Origin: Antedon mediterranea
Lineage: Eukaryota; Animalia; Echinodermata
Direction of reading: 5' to 3'
Assembly (NCBI RefSeq): GCF_964355755.1
Contig: NC_092678.1
Span: forward strand, 24,445,365-24,509,364
Length of the DNA stretch: 64,000 bases
Made by a program: the position numbers and the translations under genes. The notes beneath the pieces were generated by a model, which was not told where the DNA came from, searched no databases, and was given only the letters and a program-made list of their open reading frames with translations. Shown piece by piece: positions 9,655 through 23,700 of the stretch. Position 1 is the stretch's first letter. Each line of letters starts with the position of its first letter.

Positions 9655-12600
9655 GTAACTTGTGAAAATTGTATAATTTACCTTTTTTTTAAGTTAAAAA
9701 ACAAGAATCCTTTTTGTAAAATTCGTAAATGCTGTATCCTGCAATTGATTTACCGTGTGGAATGGCTAATTTACACAGACAAGTGAAAACGGTATAAAAA
9801 TATAGAATGTATGTTATTCCTTTTATGACCATTTACACACAAAGCGGAGCGGACCGGCGGTTTCCACTGAGGGTAGATACAGATTGTATGAGGGACAAAC
9901 TATGCGGTTTTCCGCTTACCGTTACCACTCATCTGTGTAAATTGGCCTTGAATGGAAGATTGTGTAAATGGAAGGTTTCAATGTTAGTTATTTTTCTAGT
10001 AACTACTTGTTACTACATATGACTAAAAGTTATAATGGCACAGTACAGGTTATACGTAAAGGGATGGGGTTATACTTGGTCATATACATGATATGTTTTT
10101 GTTATAAATTTTCTAGATGAGATGGAGAAAATGAAAAGACGAATGCAAGAATTGGAGTCACAATTAAAAATGAAAGAGAAAACAAATGTGAGAGAAGAAG
10201 GAAATTCCTTTGCAGAAGCGATGGATGCTGAAGTAGAAAAGAAGAAAACTGCTAAATGTAAACTGAAAGATATAAATAAAGTGAAGAAGAAGAAAGTTGA
10301 AAATGATAAAATGACTGAACTCTCAGGTAAGTAAAGTTTAGAAAAATTCGTTTTTTCCTTAATACATTCCTTATGTTACAGACTTTTTAAAAAATTGTGA
10401 GAATTGTGTTTATGCGTGTAGATTAGTAAATCAAGGACCTAACGCAACGTAAGTTAGTTGACCAATCACAAACAATAGATTATTCAAACTGTCGCTAGTC
10501 ATTGGCCAATACGCATTTACGTCGTTGCGTTCCTACTGGGAACCAAGCTTTACAGCTCTGCTTCGTGGTGAAAACTCCTTTTTGCAAGGCACTCAAGTCA
10601 GTATTTTGTTTTCAGAGTTGAATAGAAGAAATAAAAATTTTATTCTTGCAATTCAATAAACATTCATTGTTTGTATATTGAAAGTTCTTTTCATATTGTA
10701 GGTATAACTTCTGAAGATTTATTTGGATGTGACGATGATTGGAATGTAGAAGATGATGAAAACAAATCCGAATGCAGTGACTCGCCTCCTGATGATGAGA
10801 ATTATAAAAATACTTCACCAAATTCAATGTTCAATAAAAACAAACAACGAACGGCACATTCACCAAACACAAGTACAGTGCTACAAGAAAAAAGTATGAT
10901 TTCATTATAAAACTTTTTTAAGCACACACTAATAAAATCTTTTGTTGCCTGAAAAGTCACTAAACAGTCCTGAATGACCGTTGTGCATCCTGCAAATTTG
11001 CTGTGTCGACTCCACCCTCCAAAGCCCCACTAAATCCAGACATACAACCATTAAAAACTTGTTAAGTAATAATCAATAACCCAGATTTCCGGAGATGTCT
11101 CCGGAATTTCAAGTTTCGTAAACGCACCAAATGACAAAAAAAAGTCCCAAATCTAATATGGCAATTGTAACAACAAGTTTAGAATAAAAGATTTGTACAT
11201 TTTTTATATGAATGATATGGACTAACCACTTGTGTACCATATCTTGACCCACAGCCAGTCCATACAAGTGTTCACTTTGTGATATGCAGTTCAACAACTT
11301 TGACTCATATAATTTACACCAATTCCAACACCGCAAGGAGTCTTCGCACGAATGTAAAAACTGCAACAAGAGTTTCACGAGTGTACTATCACTCAAAGTT
11401 CATTTAAGGTCACACAGTAAAAGCCCTTCAGATCAGAGTAGGACACCCACAACAAGTAGAAAGGGAAATGAGTTGAATTGCAATAATAAAAGAACAATGG
11501 CATTGTCAAGGGAGTCTGGCGCCCTCAAAGGCCAGTTGTCCATCAAAAAACGCAAGATAGAAGAAGATAAATTTGAGACTGATGGTTTTTCACAAATACG
11601 AATAGTGTAAGTAAATATGTCTACTAGTACTAGTAAAGTCAGGCTTGTAATAACGTAGGAAGTGATAACATACCAACCAAAACATCATTCTCAACTTTAC
11701 TCAATATATTTTGGAATCACATGGTGTACTTTACTAGTGTTCATTCGCCATGCAAACCTTTACATAATATTATATTTATTAATCTTTAATAATACATTAA
11801 ATAACTATTTGATTTATGTACTGGTATAATATAAATATTAAAAATTAGCAGAACACCATATTGTTATTTATGAGAATTGTTTTTCAGAAACCCACTGATT
11901 TCATCGTCAACATTTAAACAATATATCGGTGAAAGAAAATTCATACGGATGTCTATTATGAAGTCGTACTTGAGCGGAGGTGAAATTGAGGGAAACTGGG
12001 TCACTTGTGGGGTTATAATATCCAAGACACCACCAAAGACCAGTGCTAAAGTAAGTTTATCTTATAAAGAGTATTACAAAATATTAATGCAGTTTAGCGG
12101 TGTCACTGGAATAAATGGTTAGCCCCAGACAAGGGTGACTTTCTGCAGCATTGTCCCTTTTGCTTAGCATCCAGCCTTTAGAAGAGAAGCCCTTTGATTG
12201 TCTTTATTAATATTACATGTTTATGTTGAGGTCAAGTTTATGATGTATTTGACCAAATTGAAAAACAAATCAGTGCTATAAAATAAATGCTTGATGAGGC
12301 CAAGATCATTAAACATACAAGTCAGGTCAGGTCAAGTTCAAGATCGCCTAAAATTTATAATTAGTATTGTATATTCAGGAATAGCCGCTCCATAGTCTCT
12401 TTGCTTTTCTTCCTTATATCTTATTAACTCAAAATTATTTTTACTAACAAACATTACTATTTGTATGCCTGGCCTAGTGTGTAAACATTATTGACATAAT
12501 TTCGTAAACATCTTCATGTCGTACAACTACTCGTAACATTTTTTCTCAACTTTCTATCATCTAAAAGTCGTAGTTAGTCATGCCTCGGGTCACATTCTAT

Positions 12601-15600
12601 GGTCACCGTACAGGTAGGCTACTACATTAGTACTTCTATGAATGGATGACTAGCCGGTGACAATAACGCTAGTTGGTCATACCCAGTACCGTTTTGATTA
12701 TACGATCATTCGGGAAACCACCTCACGACGATCATTAAAGTAACATTATGGTAAACATGCATGATGAAGTTTTGTCAAAAGATTAATGTTTTCATATCGT
12801 GCTATTAGATGTTATGTAGTCACCTATTATGGATGACTGGGTCTACAATGTATTCTCAAATATACAGTGTAGTCACCGTAATTGAAACATTTGATGGGAA
12901 TGACAGTGATTAATTTAGATTTGAAAAATATTTTTAGATTTCTGATGCAAATAAATAATGCCATTTTTGTAACTGGTAATTTTTCAAGCAGATCAAAAGC
13001 ATAGGTTACAATTAATCACAGGTGTAGCAAATTCTAAGAAATCATCATAAATTTCCCTGTAGCATTTGTAATTTTTTGTTTTGAATTATGACGATAATGT
13101 ACACTACATCTCTCTCTTTTCAATAATTATGTAATATAATTATAATACAGTCAATGAAAATTTCAATGTTTTTTTCTTCCTTGTTCGGTGTTTAGGGAAA
13201 ATTGTTCAGCATTTGGAAAATGAGTGACCTGAGGTCATGTAATGATACCACTTCCTTGTTTTTATTTGGAAAAGTTCACGAAGAACATTGGAAAACACAA
13301 GAGGGCAGTGTAATCGGCATTCTAAATGCATCTGTTTTACCGCAACGTGATAATGTAAGTTGTGTTTACTTCTCATCACATGCAAATGTGTAACAATTTT
13401 GTGAGCTGGGGCTTTATATATTTAGGCAACAGAGAAATAGTGTTTTTGATACAGTTGATGTGCGGATCTGTGAATAATAACTAAGTTTAATAATTCTCTC
13501 AATGCCCTTACGCAAATTTTTATATAGACACTGAACATCCATGGCCTTGTCTTGTTTACCCGAAATGTTGGTATTCTAATGGTAAACAAGTATTTGGGAC
13601 TTTTTGTTCCTCAAGAAAAGTCTGGTTTTGGAAAGCTTTACGGTTTCCTGCTTTTGTTATGTTCTTTAGTGAGTAAGAAAATTAAACACAAAGTCTTTGA
13701 ATTGTTTACTTTTAAGAGTTCTGATGAAATCAGTCTGACGGTTGACAACCACCAAAAACTGCTTCTACTAGGACGATCTAAAGATATAGGTTTTTGTAAA
13801 GCAAAAAAGAAAAGTGGACAACCATGTGGAAACTTTGTAAACAAGTAAGTCTTTTTAAAATCAAAAGCAGTTTCATGTTTTTTTGTTAATCTTGAAGAAA
13901 ATATAATAGTATAAATAAAACACAAAATGAGGGCAAGAATGTTATTACTGCCCTTTCACATAGCCTAGCAAACTCCAGGGCGTCAACTTGTATGGTGTGC
14001 AAACACACATCAGGGCGTTGACACTTGCGTTTTATGGGGTGCAACCTCCAGAGTTTAACACACATCACGGCGTCAACACATGCGTTTTATGGGGTGCAAC
14101 CTCCAGAGTTTAACACGCATCACGGCGTCAACACATGCGTTTTATGGGGTGCAACATCCAGAGTTTAACACACATCACGGCGTCAACACATGCGTTTTAT
14201 GGCGTGCAACCTCCAGAGTTTCACACGCATCAGGGCGTCGACACTTGCGTTTTATAGGGTGCAACCTCCAGAGTTTAGCACACATCAGGGCGTCGACACT
14301 TGCGTTTTATGGCGTGCAACTTCCAGAGTTTAACACGCATCACGGCGTCAACACATGCGGTATTCGGGGTGCAAACTTTTGGAGGCGATGTGAAAGGGTA
14401 TTAGATTTTAGCAATTTTTCAAGGAAAATGGAAATAACTAAGAGTACAATTTAATGTTTATTTCTTTATAGTATAATTTTCCAAGTGAGCCCTCTATATT
14501 ATATAGTTGTCAATCGTGTAGCGTCAAGTACCATCTTGAGACTAACTAGTTCTGCTCACCTTGAATTATGAACTATAAATCAAACTAAATAAGTATGATG
14601 GCAAAGTTGTTTATTTATCTCTAAAATTTGCCTGTAATATTATTTTACCATAACGTTTAGGTTTTACTTAAGCATGGGTAATTTTTCATAACGTTTGACT
14701 GCCCCATTGAGCCAATTTACCAAATTCTATTTTACTGGGGACTATACATGACATTTTAAAATAAAATTGACTGATTTTGTTAGCCATTTCTGAGTGGACT
14801 GTATTCTATTGAATACTGTAACTCTTAAATCGCTTTCTTGTGCTAATTGTGACCTGTGTTAGAAGACTTAATTTGGATAACCATTTAAATAGCTTGACAA
14901 ATTATTTGAATGCAGTTGAATTGAAGATGATTAATTAACACAATTTGTTTGAAAAAATCAATACAAATGCCTGAAGAAAGAAACTCATTTGTGGGAGATC
15001 GAATCTTTGTGATCAATTTTTTATTTCTTAATGAGTCTATTTTCTGTCAAAGATTTTTTTCCAAATCTTTCACTTTCTAAACCCTAAATTTGTTATATAT
15101 ATATATTTGTTATATATATTGGTCCGAGTTCGAGTCTCGGTTGGGGCGACTTTTTCTCATTCTCACAGATTTCCTCATCTTTATCGTTTCAAATTAATTA
15201 AATTTCAGTATATCACCGGGCGGTTTCGAATTAATGTTCATTGCCTAATGTGTTTATATATATATATATTCGATACTATTTGATAAAGATTGCAGTAGGT
15301 TCCAAAATGACGCTTTAAAATGAACGTGCTCTGTTCTAAGCAGTGCTACTCAGTTCTACTAGGGAACTTTACATTTGGCACGCCGCTCCAAAAAATATCG
15401 CACACTCTTAATTGTCGGTATAAGCAGTTTGATGGACGCTTTATTTCTTATTTCACCGGCCATTGAAAGGAATGTCCCGCATATTAACAGAGTCGTTGGG
15501 AATCTTAATTATAGTGATATTGAGGTTGACCTCATTTAAATAAAGGTTGACCTCATTAGTGGACCAATAAAGCTTGCACAGCTTTTGTATTATTACCATT

Positions 15601-17742
15601 GTGGATTAGCGTCGTAGACATTTGTAAACTTGATTATTTCAATTTATCATTTTTGAAGAGTCTTTATGAATTAGGACCTGTTCCGGCGGAATCTTGTGTA
15701 TACATAAATTGTGTTAAGAGAGAACGAAAAGGTTGAAATGGGTGCCTGGGATATTTATTTAATATCATATCCAAACGAAAACATTCAGGCAATATTAATC
15801 TGAAAGCAATTCAAAATTAAAATTCTAAGTAGCTATTTTTGGTTTGATAAATCATCGTCGGTCTCAGTTGGTATGATGTGCCCATATATGGACATGATGA
15901 TGTCATATCACTACCATATTTAAGCATATCACTACCTATCATATTTGAACACATCCCATTTTTTTTGTCAAATTAGTTTGATAGTGTAGACAGTAGCTTA
16001 ATAGCTTGAATATATGCCCACTGTCTGTTGGAAGCATTCCCCCAGTAATCTTGATGTGAGGTCCAGTAATCTTGATGTGAGGTGCAGTAATCTTGATGTG
16101 AGGTGCAGTAATCTTGATGTGAGGTGCAGTAATCTTGATGTGAGGTGCAGTAATCTTGATGTGAGGTGCAGTAATCTTGATGTGAGGTGCAGTAATCTTG
16201 ATGTGAGGTGCAGTAATCTTGATGTGAGGTGCAGTAATCTTGATGTGAGGTGCAGTAATCTTGATGTGAGGTGCAGTAATCTTGATGTGAGGTGCAACAA
16301 TCATTAGAGACATCACATATTGCAAGCAGTGGTCATAGTAGTTCCGTCAGTGATTGATTGATCACTTGTTTTGACCTTTTCTGACAACATAATATGAGTT
16401 ATGTTAGAGGCTAATTTTTTTGTGTGGGCTTTCTTTCATTTGTCCATAAATTGGTCATTTTGTCAGTACACTTTCACATTAATGAACCATTTGAATTAAA
16501 ACGTTTTTGAATTGTTCAACAAATGCAATCTTTCAAGAATTCAATTTTAAGATTAATAGCTATTAAAGTGGTTAATGACGCCATTAATTGACGTACGTAG
16601 GTCCAAAACATCGCACCGAAATGTTGCGTCATAAATACGTGGGTAGTAGAATCCTTAAACCTTACAAGTAGACCGTTAAAAAATAGTCATTTTATTAATT
16701 TTTCAGGCTAGATTTTGTTCATGTTTCCACAGTTTTGCAATTTTTATACATCCATTTCGAAATTAAAATACAGTATGAGAAATGATGTTTTGTTTACAAC
16801 ATTTGGCAATTGATAGGGTGTGGGTGGATAAGTAGATGTTGATTGCACTTAGCAATTTCAAGCTGATGTTATTTAATTGGTCGTAATTCTGGTCAAAAGG
16901 TTTCTTAAATTAACTGAGAATTGAACATAGATTTCAAGTATTCTAAAGCTCTGTCCACACTAGCAAAAAAATGTGAAAACGAAATGTGAATAGCCCATGT
17001 ATGGACATGATGATGTCATATCACTACCATATTTGGGTACAGTATATCACTACCATATTCGGGCACATCACACTTTTTTTGTCTACTAGTTTGATAGTGT
17101 TGACAGAGCTTAATACGATGTAAAGGGACTTGTAAATGTATTCACGACTTTACATTTTTTCCATTATATATCTTAAAATTAAAAACTTATAATTTCAGAC
17201 ATAGTTGTGAGTACTGCAAATTTCACGTTCAGAAGGAGTACCAAAAAATGACGTCCAAACGGGCCGAGTTACAATCTTCGTAAGTATTCGTATTAAGGAG
17301 CTTTCAATTTGAGACAATTTTACACAAACAAATTTGCTTAGTTTATGGCGAGTATTGTGATATTAAGTTCAGCCAGACAAATAAAGTTGAATTAATGATT
17401 CTCCGTTTCAAAGAAATCCTAATTATGTTTGATTGACAAAAATAAAGTAACATTTAACTGTATGGTTGTTGGCATGTCTTGTAGTCAGCATAGCAACAGG
17501 CCAGTCAAGAGATGGCCATGGTCCACTAATGTTGGCTATTAGCTTAAAATTTAAATCACCGATGTGTGTGTAGCGAGGCACACAGAAATCTCAAACATAC
17601 CCTGTTACTGTGGTACCACACTCCTCATATTCAATCAATTGCTGAAAACCTGTAACATAAACGTAGTTTCCACCTTGTTACAAGCCTTGTGGACGTAGCG
17701 CTTTAGAGAAAATTTATTTTGGTTAAGCGCTTTACAAAAGAC

Positions 17743-17773
<31 letters not shown>

Positions 17774-20700
17774 ATGATAAACAAAACATTAATCAAAATA
17801 ATAAATTATTATAAATTATTAACAATAATTAGAAAACAAACACAAACAGCACATGTTTAGCCTTTTATTGTATATGATGGTTTTTATACATTGTATAGTG
17901 ACTGGTTGTTATACCTTTTATATTACATAGCCTATGTAAATACGCGAACGTGATTGGTTGAAACTGCATCACATGACTACCGCTGCGAGGATCGTAAATC
18001 GTATATATCCTCGAGAACGATGATATTGACTGTGTAATTTTCGCGTAATTATCGTGTCCCCTGTCATTAAACATATAGATTCTCGAGTTCGATGATATTG
18101 ACTGTGTTATTTTCGTGTGCCAACACTCGCGTTGCCGATAAATAAACAAAAGTCATCAACTCGATCTTGAACTCGGGTGGAATTGTCACTCCATTGCAAG
18201 ACAACACTTCAACCGCTGCGCCACTGAACTTGCTAGAAGAAATTAATCTTCTAAACTATTTAAGCTATGCATACATAGCGCCCTCATTTGTTATTAGTCC
18301 ACCCTAAATGTGATGAAACACCGTTTGTGATTGGTCAATACTCAAGGTGTAGTAACCTAGTAACTAGTACGCGCTGAACATCCAGTGATTCGGCTCCTCG
18401 AAGAGAAGAAGAAGACGAATTTTTATTCGGCCTACCTGATTATAATATTATTATTAATAGGCTTATTGATGGAAATTCTTCTGTTAATTTAAACGACCTA
18501 CGCCTAAGTGAATATTTTATTGCCAAGGAATCATTAATTAGTAATTATCTGTATATTATTCTTCGCAAGGTAAGGTGTCTAGGCAAGCTTGTTTAAATAC
18601 AATACAAATATAGGAGGCCTAGCCTAGCTTCACCCAACCCAGCAGACTTGTTCTTGGCTATATAATATAACAGATATTGCCTTTTATATCGGTTAAATAT
18701 AAGATTTGACATCCCCGAGGGAATGATATTAAGTTCTCGGGGAATATATATTTCCCTCAGCTGGCGCTTCGGGAAATATATATTCCCTCGAACTTAATAG
18801 CATTCCCTCGGGGACGTCAAATCTTATATTTAACCTCTAAGCAGTCAATATCTGTATAATAGTAACTGGTTCATGTCCCTTTTCAATTAAATCACAAGCA
18901 TTACTAATATAGTTTGTTTAAAACACTGACTCAACTATAACCTGGGTGACTGAATAAGCTCAATAATTAAAGTTATTACTCGATTCATAGAACACAAACA
19001 TAAATGAGATTTAGGACAATTGCATGCGGACGTGACAATAGCATTCAAGGCAAAGTCAATTTCTTTTTCTCAAAATTGATTCAGGAAACCTGTACATTGG
19101 TGCTTACCGTCGTCTGCTTACTTTCCAATCCCAGAGTTCTCAGTTGTAATAGGCATTCTACCTGTAGTGTACTATATACATTTCATAATTGTTTCATTTT
19201 CAAGAGAGGCAGCTGAAGTTTTAGAAGTGAAGATAAAATAGATTAGAAAAGAATTTTTTTTTTCTCAAAAGTACGCCTATTCCATCTAACCTGTTAACTA
19301 CTTTTCTTTCAACCAATTACAATTTATGTCACTATAATTTGTTTTACTATTTTTAACTCTGTAATTTCAATTTGTCTTCAGCCAAATCAGACAGTTCTTT
19401 TTAGCCTCATTTATTTTATTTTGAGAATACATATTGATTATTAAATACAAAAAGTACAGCATAATATATCCTCAAGGGTTATTTAATGTATTGCTGTTGG
19501 AGACCTGTTAATGAATTTCTTATCAAAAACCCAAAAGGTGCATCTAAAAATATCTTGTGATTGGTTAAAATGTCTAAAAGGAATTAATATGGTCAAATTA
19601 TCGTTATTTAGTGCGAATAATTAACTGTTTTAAGATTAATACGCTCACGCAACGTTGTACTTTTTAGCAGGACTATTTATTTTAAATACTTTACAGTCTG
19701 CAAGCCAACGCCCACACAAACTTGTACTCTGTAACACTATTTGTTTAATTTCTGTAGTTTTAAAAAGACTATTTTTTGTAACTACTGTAGTTCAGGAAAT
19801 GTTATTTTATTAAAACCTTTAGCATAATGTTAACTATTTTTGGTGGTTACTAATTTGTTCTGAAAACTCTTATACGCATTTATTTGTTTTAAATTCTTGT
19901 TCAAAATATTTTCACATTTTTACTCAAATATAACTTATAATTTAATTGAAAAACGGGAAAAAATTTAATAAATTTAACATCAATTTAAATTTGACATCAA
20001 TTTAGGCATGTTAAAAAGGTTGCCATGTTGTTTGTAATTTACAGCCCACTAGGCGGTTCATTTAATGCTGTTTCTTAGAATTGACTTAGTTCTTAGTTGA
20101 AGCAACCATTTCCTGAGTTATTATTATTTTTTTTTATGAGATCCACGGAAGTCACTTGTGCAACATTCTTCTATGTTACTGTATAAGTATGAGCAAAAAT
20201 TAAATGAAGTTATAAAAATTTAATATTTTCAAATCTCTTGTGAAAACTCATCAATTTCATTAGTTATTTTTTCATGTTGTGCTGTGAGACTCTGATAAAG
20301 AGCGCTTTATAAATGTTCAATATTTTTTATTTTATTATTATTTTCAAATGCAATTTACAAACAAAAAACTTATTGAAAAAAAGTTCTATAAATAACATTT
20401 TGTTAAGATTGCATATTTTAAAATTCTAAAATATTCAAGCTTATTAGTGAGAGAAAAGAAAGATATTAACATAGGATCTGTTAATCCCATTTAGTATCTC
20501 CTAATCCCTTGTAATCCTATGAAATCTTTAAAGGATTTGATTTATGAAAACCATCTCATAAGATTTAGTTTATGACTTGGAAAATTAAATATTAAATTGA
20601 TAATAGTTAATACTGTACCTTTCTGTGTTTATATTGAAGAATTCAAAAATGGAATTTAGTTTTTTCAAATTGATGATGGATGAGACATTTAATCATGGTA

Positions 20701-23700
20701 ACCTTTTTAGCTTTGTGTCCAGGCTGAAGTATGCTCCATTACTTGAAATAAAACTCTTCAAATCTCGGACATTAATTATTTGAATCCAATTGGTTATTTT
20801 GCTCAAATCTAAATCATAATTTTAAGTAAACTGTAAATTTTTCTAATCAAAGAAGAATAAGAATTGTTCAAAGAAAAGCAAGTAAGGAAGTACTGCAAGT
20901 AAAATCATTTATTTACCATATATGGCATAGTTTTTATTTACCATATATGGCATAGTTTTTATTTACCATATATGGCATAGTTTTTATTTACCATATATGG
21001 CATAGTTTTTATTTACCATATATGGCATAGTTTTTATTTACCATATATGGCATAGTTTTTATTTACCATATATGGCATAGTTTTTATTTACCATATATGG
21101 CATAGTTTTTATTTACCATATATGGCATAGTTTGAGTTCTTGTAGAAAAGTAATAAAGAGAAAAATAATTATACATTTACGTCATTCACAGCAATTTTAA
21201 TGTTTAACTTTGACCTTTTATTCAGATTGTAATTGTTTGCAATCGATTTTAACGAATGTAATTTACACATGAAATGAAAAAAAAGGTGTAAACAATACAT
21301 TTCATTATTTTACTGACAATTAGTACTATTTGAGAGAAACTTAAGCCACTATCAACCTTTATGTAATAACAAATCTTTTTGTGTGTAGGTATGCTGGTGT
21401 ACAACCAAAAGCCAATTGGAAAGGTTTGAACAAAGACCAGTTCATGTATGGTGGAAAATCTTTCAACCTAAGTTCCAGGTTTGTCAATTTTCTAATACTG
21501 TTTGTTTTTACCTTGGTATTTGTGTTGGATGAATGTTGTTTAACACATTGGACTAGTAATATTAAATTGAAAAACCTTTTGATATTTTTCTTTATACAAG
21601 ACCGTCTTCCCATATATTATATACCAAGTTCAATGTGCAATATGTACACTGGACCACTTTACCTCCAATCCGAAGGAATAGGCAATTAGTATTTAGCTAT
21701 TAATGCAACAATATGGTAAAGACAAATGTTGAACACATGCCTTTCAAATGCTAATCCTATATCCCATACCATTACACCGTACCAATCTCTATTATAAATA
21801 TTTTTTATTTTATTTTTAGGGGAAAATTTGCAAAAAAGAGCTCTCAAAGCAAGTTGACTGTGACAAGTCTTGGAGCAAAAGAAGCAGAGAAATACAAAGA
21901 GGAATCAAGGAAGAACGTGCTAGTGATGCACTCAAAGCTAACAGATGAAAAGGACACATTGGTACAAGTTGGTGGAGTCTCCTCAGAATTGTACGTTTGT
22001 TTATTTGCTGTAGTCTTGTGTTTGTTAGCACCCTACCAACCTAGCTAGTTCTCTGTAGTCTTGTGTTTGTTAGCACCCTACCAACCTAGCTAGTTCTCTG
22101 TAGTCTTGTGTTTGTTAGCACCCTACCAACCTAGCTAGTTCTCTGTAGTCTTGTGTTTGTTAGCACCCTACCAACCTAGCTAGTTCTCTGTAGTCTTGTG
22201 TTTGTTTTCACCCTACCAACCTAGCTAGTTCTCTGTAGTCTTGTGTTTGTTAGCACCCTACCAACCTAGCTAGTTCTCTGTAGTCTTGTGTTTGTTAGCA
22301 CCCTACCAACCTAGCTAGTTCTCTGTAGTCTTGTGTTTGTTAGCACCCTACCAACCTAGCTAGTTCTCTGTAGTCTTGTGTTTGTTAGCACCCTACCAAC
22401 CTAGCTAGTTCTCTGTAGTCTTGTGTTTGTTAGCACCCTACCAACCTAGCTAGTTCTCTGTAGTCTTGTGTTTGTTAGCACCCTACCAACCTAGCTAGTT
22501 CTCTGTAGTCTTGTGTTTGTTAGCATCCTACCAACCTAGCTAGTTCTCTGTAGTCTTGTGTTTGTTAGCACCCTACCAACCTAGCTAGTTCTCTGTAGTC
22601 TTGTGTTTGTTAGCACCCTACCAACCTAGCTAGTTCTCTGTAGTCTTGTGTTTGTTAGCACCCTACCAACCTAGCTAGTTTAGTCTTGTGTTTGTTAGCA
22701 CCCTACCAACCTTAAGCTAGCCTATCACAACATGATCTTGTGTTTTTTCATTTTCAGTAAGGGTCTATTAAACGCACCTACTCCTGGGGCTCAGAATGTT
22801 CTTAGACATTTGGTGAAAGCTGAAAAGGGTAAGTTATTTATAAATTTTTATTTTTCTGATCTTTACCTTGCTCCTTAAGATTGGATGGTTCTTGCTTACG
22901 GTAAACATGTTCCCGAAGATCATTTTGACCTTTTATATTTTGATTTTATTTGTTATCTATTATGTAGAAACTCGTGACGTTGTTGTTTGTGTATATAGCT
23001 TTTATAAACTTGAATGAATAAAAGTCGTTAAAATAAGTTACAAAGTATTTGTATAACATATGCTTTGAATACCTCAGTACCTAAGTAATGATACAGTTAT
23101 TAGTTTATTCTCTTCATGTGTATAACACTGGCTTCATTCATTGAATAGCAAGATATATTTCAGCACAAGATACATATTTCTCCACCCACACATTCTATCA
23201 GATTTCTTCAAAATGTCATGTTATGACATTTATCGTATTTCATACATAACAAAGATAAATAGATACAAAATTATTTGTGTTAGTAATATTATTTTATAAT
23301 GCAGGTAATGATGAATGCAAATATCTACTGAGTTGTGTATAGAATGTATTAACTTTCTCGATTTTTAGCCCACACAAAAGTAAACGAACTCAGCGATATA
23401 GAATCATCGTTCGTAAAGATTTGCTGGAAAATTGTTAAGAAACCTACGAAAGAATATCATTTTCATTGGAGACGTTGATCCTGTTTGGCAACCAATGAAT
23501 AGGATTGAGTTATTAGCTTATTTAGACTAATAGCACATGAACAAATTCAATTTAATAATAGTAATGCTAAAGAAAATACTCATAATGAACCAAATGATAC
23601 AGCATTGTTTATCTTTCTTTATTCCTTTTATTTCTGCCGCTGTTATGCTTTTGCTCGCGTGCTACTGTTGTTTTTTTAAATCGTTGTTATTGTTAAGTTA

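Noticed and set aside
15939-16325. ORFs with repeats such as APHIKIT
   Set aside because: Translation artefacts of a 21-bp minisatellite.
22008-22712. CRISPR-like appearance of regular repeats (also 7207-7731, 13972-14375, 16043-16296)
   Set aside because: Units are head-to-tail with no unique spacers, there are no cas genes, and the context is eukaryotic introns.
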